Assembly: GCF_039654945.1 (NCBI RefSeq)
Contig: NW_027361694.1
Coordinates: forward strand, 16,244,001-16,308,000
Origin: Dendrobates tinctorius
Taxonomy: Eukaryota
DNA length: 64,000 nucleotides
Direction: 5' to 3'
The number at the start of each line of letters is the position of its first letter. The first letter of the stretch is position 1. Below are positions 49,285-62,310 of the stretch, piece after piece. The notes beneath the pieces were generated by a model. It was not told the DNA's origin, ran no database searches, and saw nothing but the letters and a program-made list of their open reading frames with translations. A program made the position numbers and the translations under genes.

Positions 49285-50885
49285 CAGGGGTCCCCAACCA
49301 CCGGTCCGCGGCCCAGCACCGGGCTGTTGCAGTGCCCTTGCCGGTCCGCGGACACAAGGGGAGCCAGCGGCGGTGCAGCAGTTGATACTCACCTAGCGGT
49401 CCCTGTCGGCGTGGCGGCTTCATCCAGCACTGAGCAGTCAAGTGTACCGCTCATTTAAGGTCATGAATATGGACGCCACTCATCTCCCATAGGCGTGGCG
49501 TCCATATTCATAGACCTTAATGAGCGGTAGCATGTGACCGCTCCGCACAGGAGCTGAAGCGCCGCGAGATGCAGGGAGGGAAGTTCAGCGACGGGAAGGA
49601 AGTTCAGAGATGTGAGGGTAAGTATGATGGGGGAGGATGGGGGAACCGAGCGGAGCCATATATACAAGGGAGGGAGAGTGGGAGCGGAGCCATATATACA
49701 AGGGAGGGAGAGTGGGAGCGGAGCCATATATACAAGGGAGGGAGAGTGGGAGCGGAGCCATAAATACATGGGAGGGAGAGTGGGAGCGGAGCCATAAATA
49801 CATGGGAGGGAGAGTGGGAGCGGAGCCATATATATAAGGGAGGGAGAGTGGGAGCGGAGCCATAAATACATGGGAGGGAGAGTGGGAGCGGAGCCATATA
49901 TATAAGGGAGGGAGAGTGGGAGCGGAGCCATAAATATATGGGAGGGAGAGTGGGAGCGGAGCCATATTTACAAGGGAAGGAGAGTGGGAGCGGAGCCATA
50001 TATATAAGGAAGGGAGAGTGGGAGCGGAGTCATATATACAAGGGAGGGAGAGTGGGAGCAGAGCCATATATATAAGGGAGGGAGCGTGGGAGCGGAGCCC
50101 TAAATACATGGGAGGGAGAGTGGGAGCGGAGCCATATATATATATATAAGGGAGGGAGAGTGGGAGCGGAGCCATAAATACATGGGAGGGAGAGTGGGAG
50201 CAGAGCCATATATATAAGGGAGGGAGAGTGGGATTGGAGCCATAAATACAAGGGAGGGAGAGTGGGAGCGGAGCCACATATATAAGGGAGGGAGAGTGGG
50301 AGCGGAGCCATAAATACAAGGGAAGGAGAGTGGAAGTAGAGCCATGTATACAGGATGGGAGAGTGGGAGCAGAGCCATGTATACAGGATGGGAGGGTGGG
50401 AGCGGAGCCATGTATACAAGGATGGGAGGATGGGAGCAGAGCCATGTATACAAGGATGGGACAGGGGAGCCATGCATACAACAGGGGGAGCCACACAGAG
50501 CTGGACAGGACGGGGGGAACCACACATACATTTTCTGATGATTAGAAAATAATCAGCATGTACAGAACTCCAGTACAATTTTTCTTAAGTGCTAAATGCT
50601 CCATTTCCTTGTAGGTTCCAATCATCATTAGCAGTGACGGTCATCAGTAGAAGTAGCCCAGTGCTCCCACTGAAACAAAGAAACAAGCCAGGTGCTCCCA
50701 CTCATTCAAAACCTATGGTGAGTTGAGTCACATTATAAATGTTATAATTAAATGATAAGTATGCACTGCTAAACTACAACTGCGTCCATAGCCCCTGTCA
50801 CACCTCCATCCCCACCCTGCCGGGCCATGGAAGAATGGTCTTGCTTGAAGCCGGTCCCTGGTGCAAAAAAGGTTGGGGACCACGG
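49285..50885. mobile_element. hAT (Charlie-like) MITE
   Basis: Perfect 8-bp TSD TGATAGAG (49277-49284, 50886-50893); CAGGGGTCCCCAACC / GGTTGGGGACCACGG termini. Confidence 0.92.
49648..50480 (+). repeat. G-rich minisatellite of about 34 bp
   Basis: Unit GGGAGGGAGAGTGGGAGCGGAGCCATATATACAA, about 20 copies plus a degenerate tail. Confidence 0.95.
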
Positions 50886-53800
50886 TGATAGAGGACCTCG
50901 AGAATCGAAACCGCCGCAATAATATTCGCATACAGGGTTTACCTGAAGCAACTGGCACAGCCGATCTTATTCCCATCCTTTGCGGCATCTTAAACACGCT
51001 CTTAGAAAGGCCACCTACCAAAGAAATACTTATTCACTGAGCACACCGAGCTTTAAGGCCCCGCAACAATGACTCAGGCATTCCCAGAGATGTAATTTTC
51101 TGAGTTCATTATTTCAAACCAAAGAAGAAATTATGTGAAAGACTCAGTCCAAAGCACCGATGGATTTTGATGGGACCCATTTACATTTTATGGCGGACTT
51201 AGGTCAACCTTAGCAAAACGTAGGGCTCTGCGCCCGCTGTTGGAGGTTCTCAGAGAAAGAAATGTCCCCTACGCGTGGGGTTTTCCCTTCCAATTACAAA
51301 TGTGCAACCAGCATGAAACTTTCTTTCTGAGAAACCCACATGGATTGCGGTCATTCCTAGAGGACCTGGATTTGCCAGATATTACTATCTCTGATTGGCC
51401 CACAAACCCATTGAGTCCTTCGGACTCCTATATGAATCGTCGACAAGTACAACAATTCCAAAGACCCAAAAGACGACCATTCTCATCTAGTTGAACATTG
51501 ATATCTCTGGTTGTTTCTGTTTCATTCTAGGAGATTCAATGAAAGCTTGTCTATAGAATTTTAAGTATCACTCACCAAGTTCCTTTTTTTAGTGTTTATA
51601 TTGTGAATTTAGGTGTAACTGGACCTGTTAGAATCATAAAACACTTTATTTTATATAATGTGATCCGTATTGTGGATATCCGAGGGTGATGTCATTCGAT
51701 CTATCTTGCCTTTGAAGGAGATTCTACTGAGCCCTTAGACTAATAATGTAGATAAAAATATGTGATCTACATCGTTTGTATGTGAGAAGATTTATGAACA
51801 TACAAGTAGATACCTGTATTAAGTATGATAGACTAACACAACTTTCAGAAACACCTAACGGTCTTGAATGAACACTGGGATATGTTCTACTAGGGTTAAT
51901 TACTGCATTTTCCTTTCCTTACAGGTTATGCATCTTTAACCCCTTTACCCCCAAGGGTGGTTTGCACGTTCATGACCGGGCCAATTTTTACAATTCTGAC
52001 CACTGTCCCTTTAGGAGGTAAAACTCTGAAACGCTTCACTGGATCCCACTGATTCTGACAGTGTTTTCTCGTGACATATTGTACTTCATGTTAGTGGTAA
52101 AATTTCATTCATATAACTTGCGTTTATTTGTGAAAAAAACGGAAATTTGGCGAAAATTTAAAAAATTTCGCAATTTTCCAACTTTGAATTTTTATGCCCT
52201 TAAATCATAGAGATATGGCACACAAAAAAATTAATAAGTAACATTTCACATATGTTTTCTTTACATCAGCACAATTTTGGAACCAAAATTTTTTTTTTGT
52301 TAGGAAGTTATAAGGGTTAAAAGTTGACCAGCGATTTCTCATTTTTGCAACCCTATTTTATTTTTAGGGACCACATCACATTTGAAGTCACTTTGAGGGG
52401 TCTATTTGATAGAAAATACACAAAAGTGAAACCATTCTAAAAACTGCACCCCTCAAGATGCTCAAAACCAGATTCAAGACGTTTATTAACCCTTCAGATG
52501 CTTCACAGGAATTTTTTGAATGTTTAAAAAAAATGAACATTTAACTTTTTTTCACAAAAAAAGTACTTCAGGTCCAATTTTTTTTATTTTACCAAGGGTA
52601 ACAGGAGAAATTGGACTGCAAAAGTTATTGTCCAATTTGTCCTGAGCACGCTGATACCTGATATGTGGGGGGGGAACCACTGTTTCTGCGCATGGCAGAG
52701 CCCAGAAGGGAAGGAGCGCCATTTGACTTTTTTAATGCAAAATTGGCTGGAATTCAGATCGGACGCCATGTCACGTTTGATGTGCCTAAACAGTGGAAAC
52801 CCCCCACAAGTGACCCCATTTTGGAAACTAGACCCCCCCAAGGAACATATCTAGATATGTGGTGAGAACTTTGAACCCACAATGGCTTCACAGAAGTTTA
52901 TAACGTACAGCCGTACAATTAAAAAATCATATTTTTTCCACAAAAATGATCTTTTCACCCCCAATTTTTATTTTCCCAAGGGTAACAGGACCCTAAAAGT
53001 TATTGTGCAATTTGTCCTAAGTATGCTGATACCCCATATGTGGGTGTAAACGACTATTTGGGTGCATGGCAGAGTTCGGAAGGGAAGCAGCGCCATTTGA
53101 CTTTTTTGGCTGGAATTGAGATCGGACGCCATGTCGCGTTTGGAAAGCCCCTGATGTACCAAAACAGTGGAAACCCCCCCCACAAATGACACCATTTTGG
53201 AAACTAGACCCCCCCAAGGAACTTATCTAGATGTGTGGTGAGATCAGACGCCAAACGTTGTGTTTGGAGAGCACCTGATGTGCCTAAACAGTGGAAACCC
53301 CCCAATTCTAACTCCAACCCTAACCCCAACACACCCCTAACCCTAATCTCAGCCCTAGCCCTAACCCTAATGGGAAAATGGAAATACTTTTTTTTTTTAA
53401 ATTTTATTATTTTTCCCTAACTAAGGGGGTGATAAAGGGGGATTTGATTTACTATATATGGCGGTTTTTTACGTTTGGCAGCTGTCATACGCTAAAAGAC
53501 GCTTTTTATTGTAAAAATAGTTTTTGCATCACCACATTTTGAGAGCTATAATTTTTCCATTACCCACCGAGTCATGTGAGGTCTTATTTTTTGCGGGACG
53601 AGTTGACGTTTTTATTGGTACCATTTTTGGGCACGTGACATTTTTTGATCATTTTTTATTCAGATTTTTGGGACACAGAATGAACAAAAACCAGCATTAC
53701 ATGAATTTCTTTTGGGGGGTGCGTTTACACCGTTCCGCGTGCGGTAAAATTGATAAAGTGGTTTTATTTTTTTCATCGGGTCAGTACGGATACTGCGATA

Positions 53801-54125
53801 CCTCATTGATGTTGTTTTTTTATATTTTGGCGGTTTTATGCAATGAAAACAATTTTAAATAAAAAATTATTATTTTTGCATCGCTTTATTCAGGGCTGTG
53901 GAGTCAGAGTCGGAATCGTGGAGTCGGAGGTTGGAGCTCATTTTGGTGGAGTCGGAATAAAATGGACCGACTCCTAAAACATATAATAAATTGGGCACAG
54001 TAGTTCAATGCAGAATGTGCTGAGTATTCATAGGAATTTGGGAAAGTTATGAAATGTCCTATAAATGGCTGATCTATTCCTAATCTAAGGCTACATTCAC
54101 ACAAGAACAGGTTCTTGCTATTGTA

Positions 54126-55357
54126 ATGGACAATGCTTCAAACATGATAAGTACAATTAAACTGATGAATGAGAGTAATAAACAACAGCTAGAAGAAAAT
54201 TTAGGATTCAGTATGTTTGAGATGGAAGGCCACAGTGCTGTTCATGTAACTGAGGAACAAACAGATATTACAACAGAAGAACAGCAAAATTATACTGTAG
54301 AAATAGATGATCTTGTTAAAGCTGCTTCAAAACACTTTCCTGTTCATCACGTGCGCTGTGCTGTGCACACGCTGCAGCTGGCAATAAGAGATAGTCTGCA
54401 AGAGGGACATGCTGGAAATCTGATTGGAAAAGTGAGGAAATTGGTTATTGCCACCAGAACTCCTAAAATTGATTCCATCTTGAAGAGACGTGCTGGGAAA
54501 GGGGCAATTGTAGATCAAGCCACTCGGTGGGGCAGCACTTATTTAATGATAGAGCGATTGCTTGAACTAAAACTGTTTCTTATAGATAATGCGAACCCTC
54601 AGGTAACCATAAATATAGGTCAATGGACACAGGTGGCTGAATTGAAGGAATTGCTTAATCACCCATTTACAGTGACTAAAAAATTACAAGCTGAGGATTT
54701 AAGGGAGTGGAAGAACTTGCTATTTTGCCTGTCCCAAAGAGGAACTTTAATCGCAGATGGCATTGCTGCTTCAATGAAACGGAGAGAGACACAGCTATTG
54801 GAAAATAACATTTTTCTGGTAGCTGTTTATGTGGATCCAAGTCATCGTATACTGCTTGATGATCAACAGCTTACTAAAGGAAAGAAGCTCTGACTGAGGT
54901 AGTAGTTATGATAAGTGGCCTACAGGAGGACTGCCAGGCGCAAGAGGACTTGGGTCCTGACAGTGCTACTGCTGCCATATCTTCATCCTCATCAGATGAG
55001 GCGTTTGACTTTGACAAGTATTTGGATGACATGCAGCAGGCAAAGCGTTACAGCAAGGAAAAAGATTTCACTCAGTCTCCTATAGCAAGCAGACTGACCA
55101 TATTTCAGCAAAATGTTTCACTTGCTCTCAAAGAAATAGAAAAATTCAACCGTTCATTAAAACTGACTGTGCACGAGGCAATTCCTTTATACCCAGAAAT
55201 TGTTAGAGATGTTGCCCATGTGGTTACGGCTTTGCCTCCAACCCAAATTAGTGTAGAGAGGCTGTTCTCTAGCCTTAAAATTATTAGGTCAGATTTGAGG
55301 TCATCTATGAAGGAGGATCTGATGGAGGCAATTCTATTTCTTAGAACAAATTCATAG
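54126..55357 (+). pseudogene. hAT transposase, N-terminally deleted, frameshift near 54880
   Basis: DNASNM, RCAVHTLQL (CxxH), TRWGSTYLMIERL and the C-terminal dimerisation motif PPTQISVERLFS. Confidence 0.9.
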
Positions 55358-55578
55358 ACTGCACAAATGTTATTTAGTATGTTTTTGTTGAAAACTGTTT
55401 TTTGCCACTTACATAGTTTACTACATAGCGTATATATATATATATATACACACATACAATATATATATATATACATACACACACAGTATATGTAATCGAT
55501 ATTACATAGTGTATTACATATTTACAATTTATTACAGTTTTTTGTGTTCTAAAGTTGTATTCCAATAAATATATATTA

Positions 55579-56601
55579 CCGTATTTTTCGGACTATAAGA
55601 CGCACCGGACCATAAGACGCACCCCAATTTTCACAAGGAAAATAGGGGAAAATGTGTCAAATGGGGGTCCGTCTTACAGTCCGAATTCATCTTACCTGGG
55701 AAGGGATCCGGCACAGGTGGAGAAGTAGTCACAGGGGTCATTCAGTGGTCCAGGCTCGTGCGGTGGCGGCTCTGTGCTGGGGCAGCTGCGCTGGGGTAGG
55801 GGCAGCTGTGCTGGGGTAGGGGCAGCTGTGCTGGGGCAGCTGTGCTGGGGTAGGTGCAGCTGTGCTAGGGTAGGGGCAGCTGTGCTGGGGTAGGTGCAGC
55901 TGTGCTGGGGCAGCTGTGCTGGGGCAGGGGCTGCTGTGCTGGGGTAGGGGCTGCTGTGCTGGGGCAGGGGCAGCTGTGCTGGGGCAGGGGCAGCTGTGCG
56001 GTGGTGGCAGCGGGCGGCGCTCTGCGGTGCGGTGGTGGCAGCGGGCTGTGCTCCGGTGCAGGGGCGGCGGCTCTGCCGGCATTTCTTCGCAGCCCGGAGG
56101 CCCCCCGCACATGCCTTGCTGGCCGCCGCCATGTTGCGGTGGCCTCCGGGAGCATGGACGCCGGGAAGATGGCCGCCGGTCCGGGGACGGCGCATGCGCG
56201 GCTTAAGATCTCGTCCCGAGATCTCGGGGAACGAGATTCAAATCTCGGCAACGAGATCTCGTCCCCCGAAATCTCGGGACGAGATCTTAAGCCGCGCATG
56301 CGCCGTCCCCGGACCGGCGGCCATCTTCCCGGCGTCCATGCTCCCAGGGGCCACCGCAACATGGCGGCGGCCAGCAAGGGATGTGCGGGGGGCCTGCGGG
56401 CTGCGAAGAAATGCCGGCGGAGCCGCCGCCCCTGCACCAGAGCACAGCCCGCTGCCACCACCGCACCGCAGAGCGCCGCCCGCTGCCACCAGCGCACCAG
56501 CCAGAGGGTTAGTACCGTGTATTGCGACCATAAGACGCACCCCCCACTTTCCCCCAAAATTTTTGGGGAAAAAAGTGCGTCTTATGGTCGGAAAAATACG
56601 G
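55579..56601. mobile_element. pogo/Tigger-like MITE with GC-rich palindrome
   Basis: TA flanks; TIR CCGTATTTTTC(G/C)GAC(T/C)ATAAGACGCAC; the empty site is visible in the hAT copy at 5741-5775. Confidence 0.92.
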
Positions 56602-57865
56602 TATGTTCTATCTAAATATCTAGATTATTGTATCATAAAAATGATTAAATGTCTGATGTTCACATTGTACTAAAATAAATTTTTCACATAAATATAAGCA
56701 ATATATGTGGGAGTCGGAGTCGTGGAGTCGGAGTCGGTGTAAGGGAAATTGAGGAGTCGAAGTCGCAGGTTTGGCTTACCGACTCCACAGCCCTGGCTTT
56801 ATTCTGCGAGCTATAACTTTTTTACTTTTTCGCTGATGATGCTGTGTGGCGGCTCGTTTTTTGCGGGACAAGATGACGTTTTCAGTGATACCATGGTTAT
56901 TTATATCCGTCTTTTTGATCGCGCGTTATTGCACTTTTTGTTCAGCGGTATGATAATAAAGCATTATTTTTTGCTTTGTTTTTTATTTTTATTTTTTAAG
57001 GGGTTCGCTAAAGGTGTTAACTAATGGGACAGTTTCATAGGACCGGTCGTTACGGATGCGGCGATACTAAATATGTGTACTTTTATTGTTTTGTTTTTTT
57101 GATTTCCAAAAAATGAATTTATTAGGGAATATTTTTTTTTTTTTTTTAATTTATTTAGCGATTTTTTTATAAATTATTTTTACACTTTTTTTTTAACTTT
57201 ATTACATTGTCCCAGGGGGGACATAACTGTCATGTGACAGATCTGTCACAGGCATTGAAGCAGACTTCCTCATGCCTGCGCTTTGCATGCAGTGAGGAAG
57301 CCAGCTCCCTGCAGGCCCCCGAAGGTCCCCATCGCCATATTGGATCCGGGGACCTGCAGGGAAGGATGCCTCCGCAGCAGCGCTGCACATTGCCCTGCTG
57401 CGGGGGTATCAGGGAAGCACGGAGGGAGCCCCCTCCCTCCCGATGCTTCCCTAAACCCCCAGTACACTGCGATCGTGTTTGATCGCAGTGTGCCAGGGGT
57501 TAACGCGTCGGGGGCGGTCCGTGACCGCCCCTGACACATAGTGCCGTGTGTCAGCTGTGATAATCAGCTGACACCCAGCCGCGATCAGCGGCGCTCACCC
57601 TGTGAGCGCCACTGATCGCGCTAGACGTACTATACCGTCCATGGGCATAGGTGACCGGGGCCCATGGACGGTATAGTACGTCTCATGTCAGAAAGGGGGT
57701 AAATGGGCATGATCCTTGTGATAGTTGGAACACAGGGTTCTTGTTTTTTGTTACAGGAAAGATGTATATCTTTGTACCGTGTTAGCCAGTAGATAGAAAA
57801 ATATTCAGGATTGAGAGTCCTCAGTAGTTGATACCTTTTAATGGCTAACTGAAAAGATGGTAATA

Positions 57866-57910
57866 CATTGCAAGCTTTCGAGACTACTCAGGTCTCTTCA
57901 TCAGGCTAGA
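57866..57910 (-). ncRNA. Minimal type I hammerhead ribozyme motif (mirror copy)
   Basis: Exact reverse complement of 58141-58185. Confidence 0.65.
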
Positions 57911-58140
57911 CTAATACAAAATCTGAAGTCACATATTTATGCACAATACAGCCTAGAAAAAATGCAATAGATAAGACAAGTGACGTGAAGCAGAACTATC
58001 AATATGGGAGAGGGAGAAACATAAATTTATGTTTCTCCCTCTCCCATATTGATAGTTCTGCTTCACGTCACTTGTCTTATCTATTGCATTTTTTCTAGGC
58101 TGTATTGTGCATAAATATGTGACTTCAGATTTTGTATTAG

Positions 58141-58185
58141 TCTAGCCTGATGAAGAGACCTGAGTAGTCTCGAAAGCTTGCAATG
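58141..58185 (+). ncRNA. Minimal type I hammerhead ribozyme motif
   Basis: CTGATGA (58147-58153), stem II GAGAC/GTCTC, GAAA (58172-58175), palindromic AAGCTT in place of stem III; stem I weak. Confidence 0.65.
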
Positions 58186-58460
58186 TATTACCATCTTTTC
58201 AGTTAGCCATTAAAAGGTATCAACTACTGAGGACTCTCAATCCTGAATGTTTTTTGTTAGCGTTTTTATATGCTTTTTACAATCTTTAATTTGTCCGGGC
58301 CAAGATTCCCGGGAGTTATTCCTTGTTGCCTTGAAAGGCACTCCCCAAATAGGGCCAATTGTTTTATACAAGTCTACTTTGGAAGGACTCCGCTACCACA
58401 TGGATTCCTTTTCCCTTCTTTACATCCTGGCCTAGGATCGAGGATTTGGCCTATTCTCTA

Positions 58461-60094
<1,634 letters not shown>

Positions 60095-60211
60095 TATATA
60101 GGCTTATTTCAACCTCTTCTATCTTTGTTCTTTATCTATATCTTCTCTATATCTCTGTCCTTTCTTCCTTGTCCATCCACCTAGACTAAGTTTAAATTGG
60201 TAATATCAGAC

Positions 60212-62310
60212 ATGGCATCAATTATGGTAGCTTCTCTAAATGTTAGAGGGTTTAATGTCCTACAAAAACAATCTCTAATTCTATACGGGATGCATAAAAT
60301 GGGAGTGCAATTCTTTTCTTACAGGAGACCTATTTTAAAAGTAATCACTTCCTAGAAGTGAGGAACCAGTACTACATAACCTGGTATTATAGTTTGAACC
60401 CAATTGCTAAATCTAAAGGAGTCAGCATTGCTATTCACAAAAATTTCCCCTTCACCCCACTAGGGCTTGAAACTGATAATGGACTTTTTTTGCTATTGAA
60501 GATCTCTTTTTTGAATCAGATCTACCCACTAGCTAACTTTTATCTTCCAAACAAAGAGTAGCTGAGGACCGGGCTGAGATACCTGCAGTGACTGGAGTAT
60601 TTTTGGAAGGCCTTCTGATTTTGGGGGGAGACCTCAACCTGACGTTGGATAAGATGTTGAACTCCTCAGTGGGTAAGTCTACAATTCCCCCTACGCCATT
60701 ATCCTCCTGGAAAAACAATCTCTTCAAATTGCAGGCAGAGGATGTGTGGCGTGTCTTACATCCTAAAGATAAGAGATTACACTCACTCATCAGTTCACAA
60801 CTCATATAGTAGAATCAACTACTTTTTGGTTAGTCATCATTTGCTTAGCGAGGATCCCTCCTTTTCTGTGGGCACTATGACCTGGTCAGACCATGCTCCC
60901 ATCTTCTTTACTTTCCAGCCACCCACCTCTGTACCACGCCCAGGGCATTTAAACCCAAACCTTATTGAAGACATTAACACCAAAAATGCTGTAGAACAAG
61001 CCATCTCTGAGTTTTTGCATCATCACGTAAAGGATGATACCCCCTCCCCATTCAATGAGAAGCTCTAAAATGCGTAATTAGGGGTATCCTAATCAAAGAA
61101 GGCACTAGACTTAAGAAAGAAAAAACTCATGTGATAGAAAATCTTTTGAAGCAAATTCCTTTGAACAATCTCATAAAAAAATTTCATTTGCTGATATCAT
61201 GATTAACTTGAACAAGCAAAAAGATGACCTGAAGGGACTTCTAGATCAAAGTTACTCAAAACATAAGGAAAGGTTACAGCAGTTATTTTATGAATTTGCA
61301 GGCAAATGTGGTGGTACATTGCAATGGCACCTATTTGGAATCTTTTGGAGTGTCGATTGGAACAAAACTGGGGTGTCCACCTTCCCCGTTATTGTACGTT
61401 ATTGTGATGAAACTACTGGCAATGTTCCTCAGGAAAAACTCCAACATTCAAGGAATCCCAGTCGGGCACGGATCTCATAAATTGGCGCTATACGCAGATG
61501 ACCTCCTACTGTACATCACTAATCCTAAAACATCACTGCCCTCTATTCTGAAAGAATTTACGACATATAATCGACTGAGTAAATTTAATGTAAATCTTTC
61601 TAAGTCAGAGATTTTGAATATAAATATTTCACAGGAGGAGGCACAATTGTTAAAGGGGTCCTTTACTTTCCGTTGGTGCATTGGTTCTATGAAATATCTT
61701 GGGGTCCAATTGACCTCAGACATGTCCCAGCTCTTCCATCTGAATCATTAGCCTTTGCTCAGTCGTGTCAAAGCTGAGCTCAAGTCTTATGACAAAACAC
61801 GATTATCTTGGTTCGGTAGAATTAACGTATTAAAGATGGACATTCTTCCAAAATTGCTTTATGTATTTCAAGCGTTTCTAATTGCACTCCCCATTCCTTT
61901 TTAAGCAACTAAATACAGTCTGTAACAATTTCATTTGAAGATCAAAAAGATCGAGACTGGCCATTACATTTTTGCCTAGATTTATATCTCAAGGGTGGGC
62001 TGGCCTTCCAAATTTTCAACTCCATCACGCTGCGGCTGTGCTGGGGCGGATAGTGGACTAGTTTCATGGTGCGAATCAGAAGCGTTGGGTCACACTTGAG
62101 TCATTCCTATCGTGCCTAAACTTAACTTCTCTGGATTTCTAAACACTTTCGTTCTTCAAAAGGGACCACTCCTCCCCATTAACAGTAGATCTTGTCAGAG
62201 TTTGGGACCAATTGATAAAGAAACTTAAGATTTCTAAGATTCCAGGACCTATGACACTGATCATTGACAATCCAGAATTCCCCCCTGGGGTTGGAGTGAG
62301 TACATTTCTG
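60212..62310 (+). pseudogene. L1 ORF2p relic with an internal deletion removing the N-terminal part of RT
   Basis: SLNVRG, GGDLN, SRINYFL and SDHAP, then a jump near 61310 to GTKLGCPPSP, LYADD, YLGV and GRINVLKM. Confidence 0.88.

Larger units (their letters stand above)
48730..51494 (+). pseudogene. L1 ORF1p relic split by the hAT MITE
   Basis: IEDLENRNRRNNIRIQGLPE is restored across the insertion site; AHRAL, PRDVI and YAWGFPFQL follow. Confidence 0.85.
53891..56795 (+). mobile_element. hAT element, internally deleted
   Basis: Perfect 8-bp TSD GCTTTATT (53883-53890, 56796-56803); TIR CAGGGCTGTGGAGTC. Confidence 0.93.
51940..57698 (-). mobile_element. Second copy of the non-autonomous piggyBac-type element (inverted, short array)
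   Basis: TTAA (51936-51939) and GTAA (57699-57702) flanks; collinear reverse complement of 7765-14010 with only about 2 repeat units. Confidence 0.9.
57768..58254. mobile_element. Penelope-like element terminal repeats arranged as a palindrome
   Basis: 57797-58254 is palindromic about 58025/58026; each arm has a hammerhead core; the minus arm extends to GGCTAACACGGTAC, a tail motif I recall from vertebrate PLEs. Confidence 0.8.

Noticed and set aside
49461-50578. Long ORFs up to 312 aa
   Set aside because: Low-complexity translations of the 34-bp minisatellite.
55692-56673. Overlapping 100-237 aa ORFs on both strands
   Set aside because: Artefact of a stop-poor GC-rich palindrome inside a MITE.
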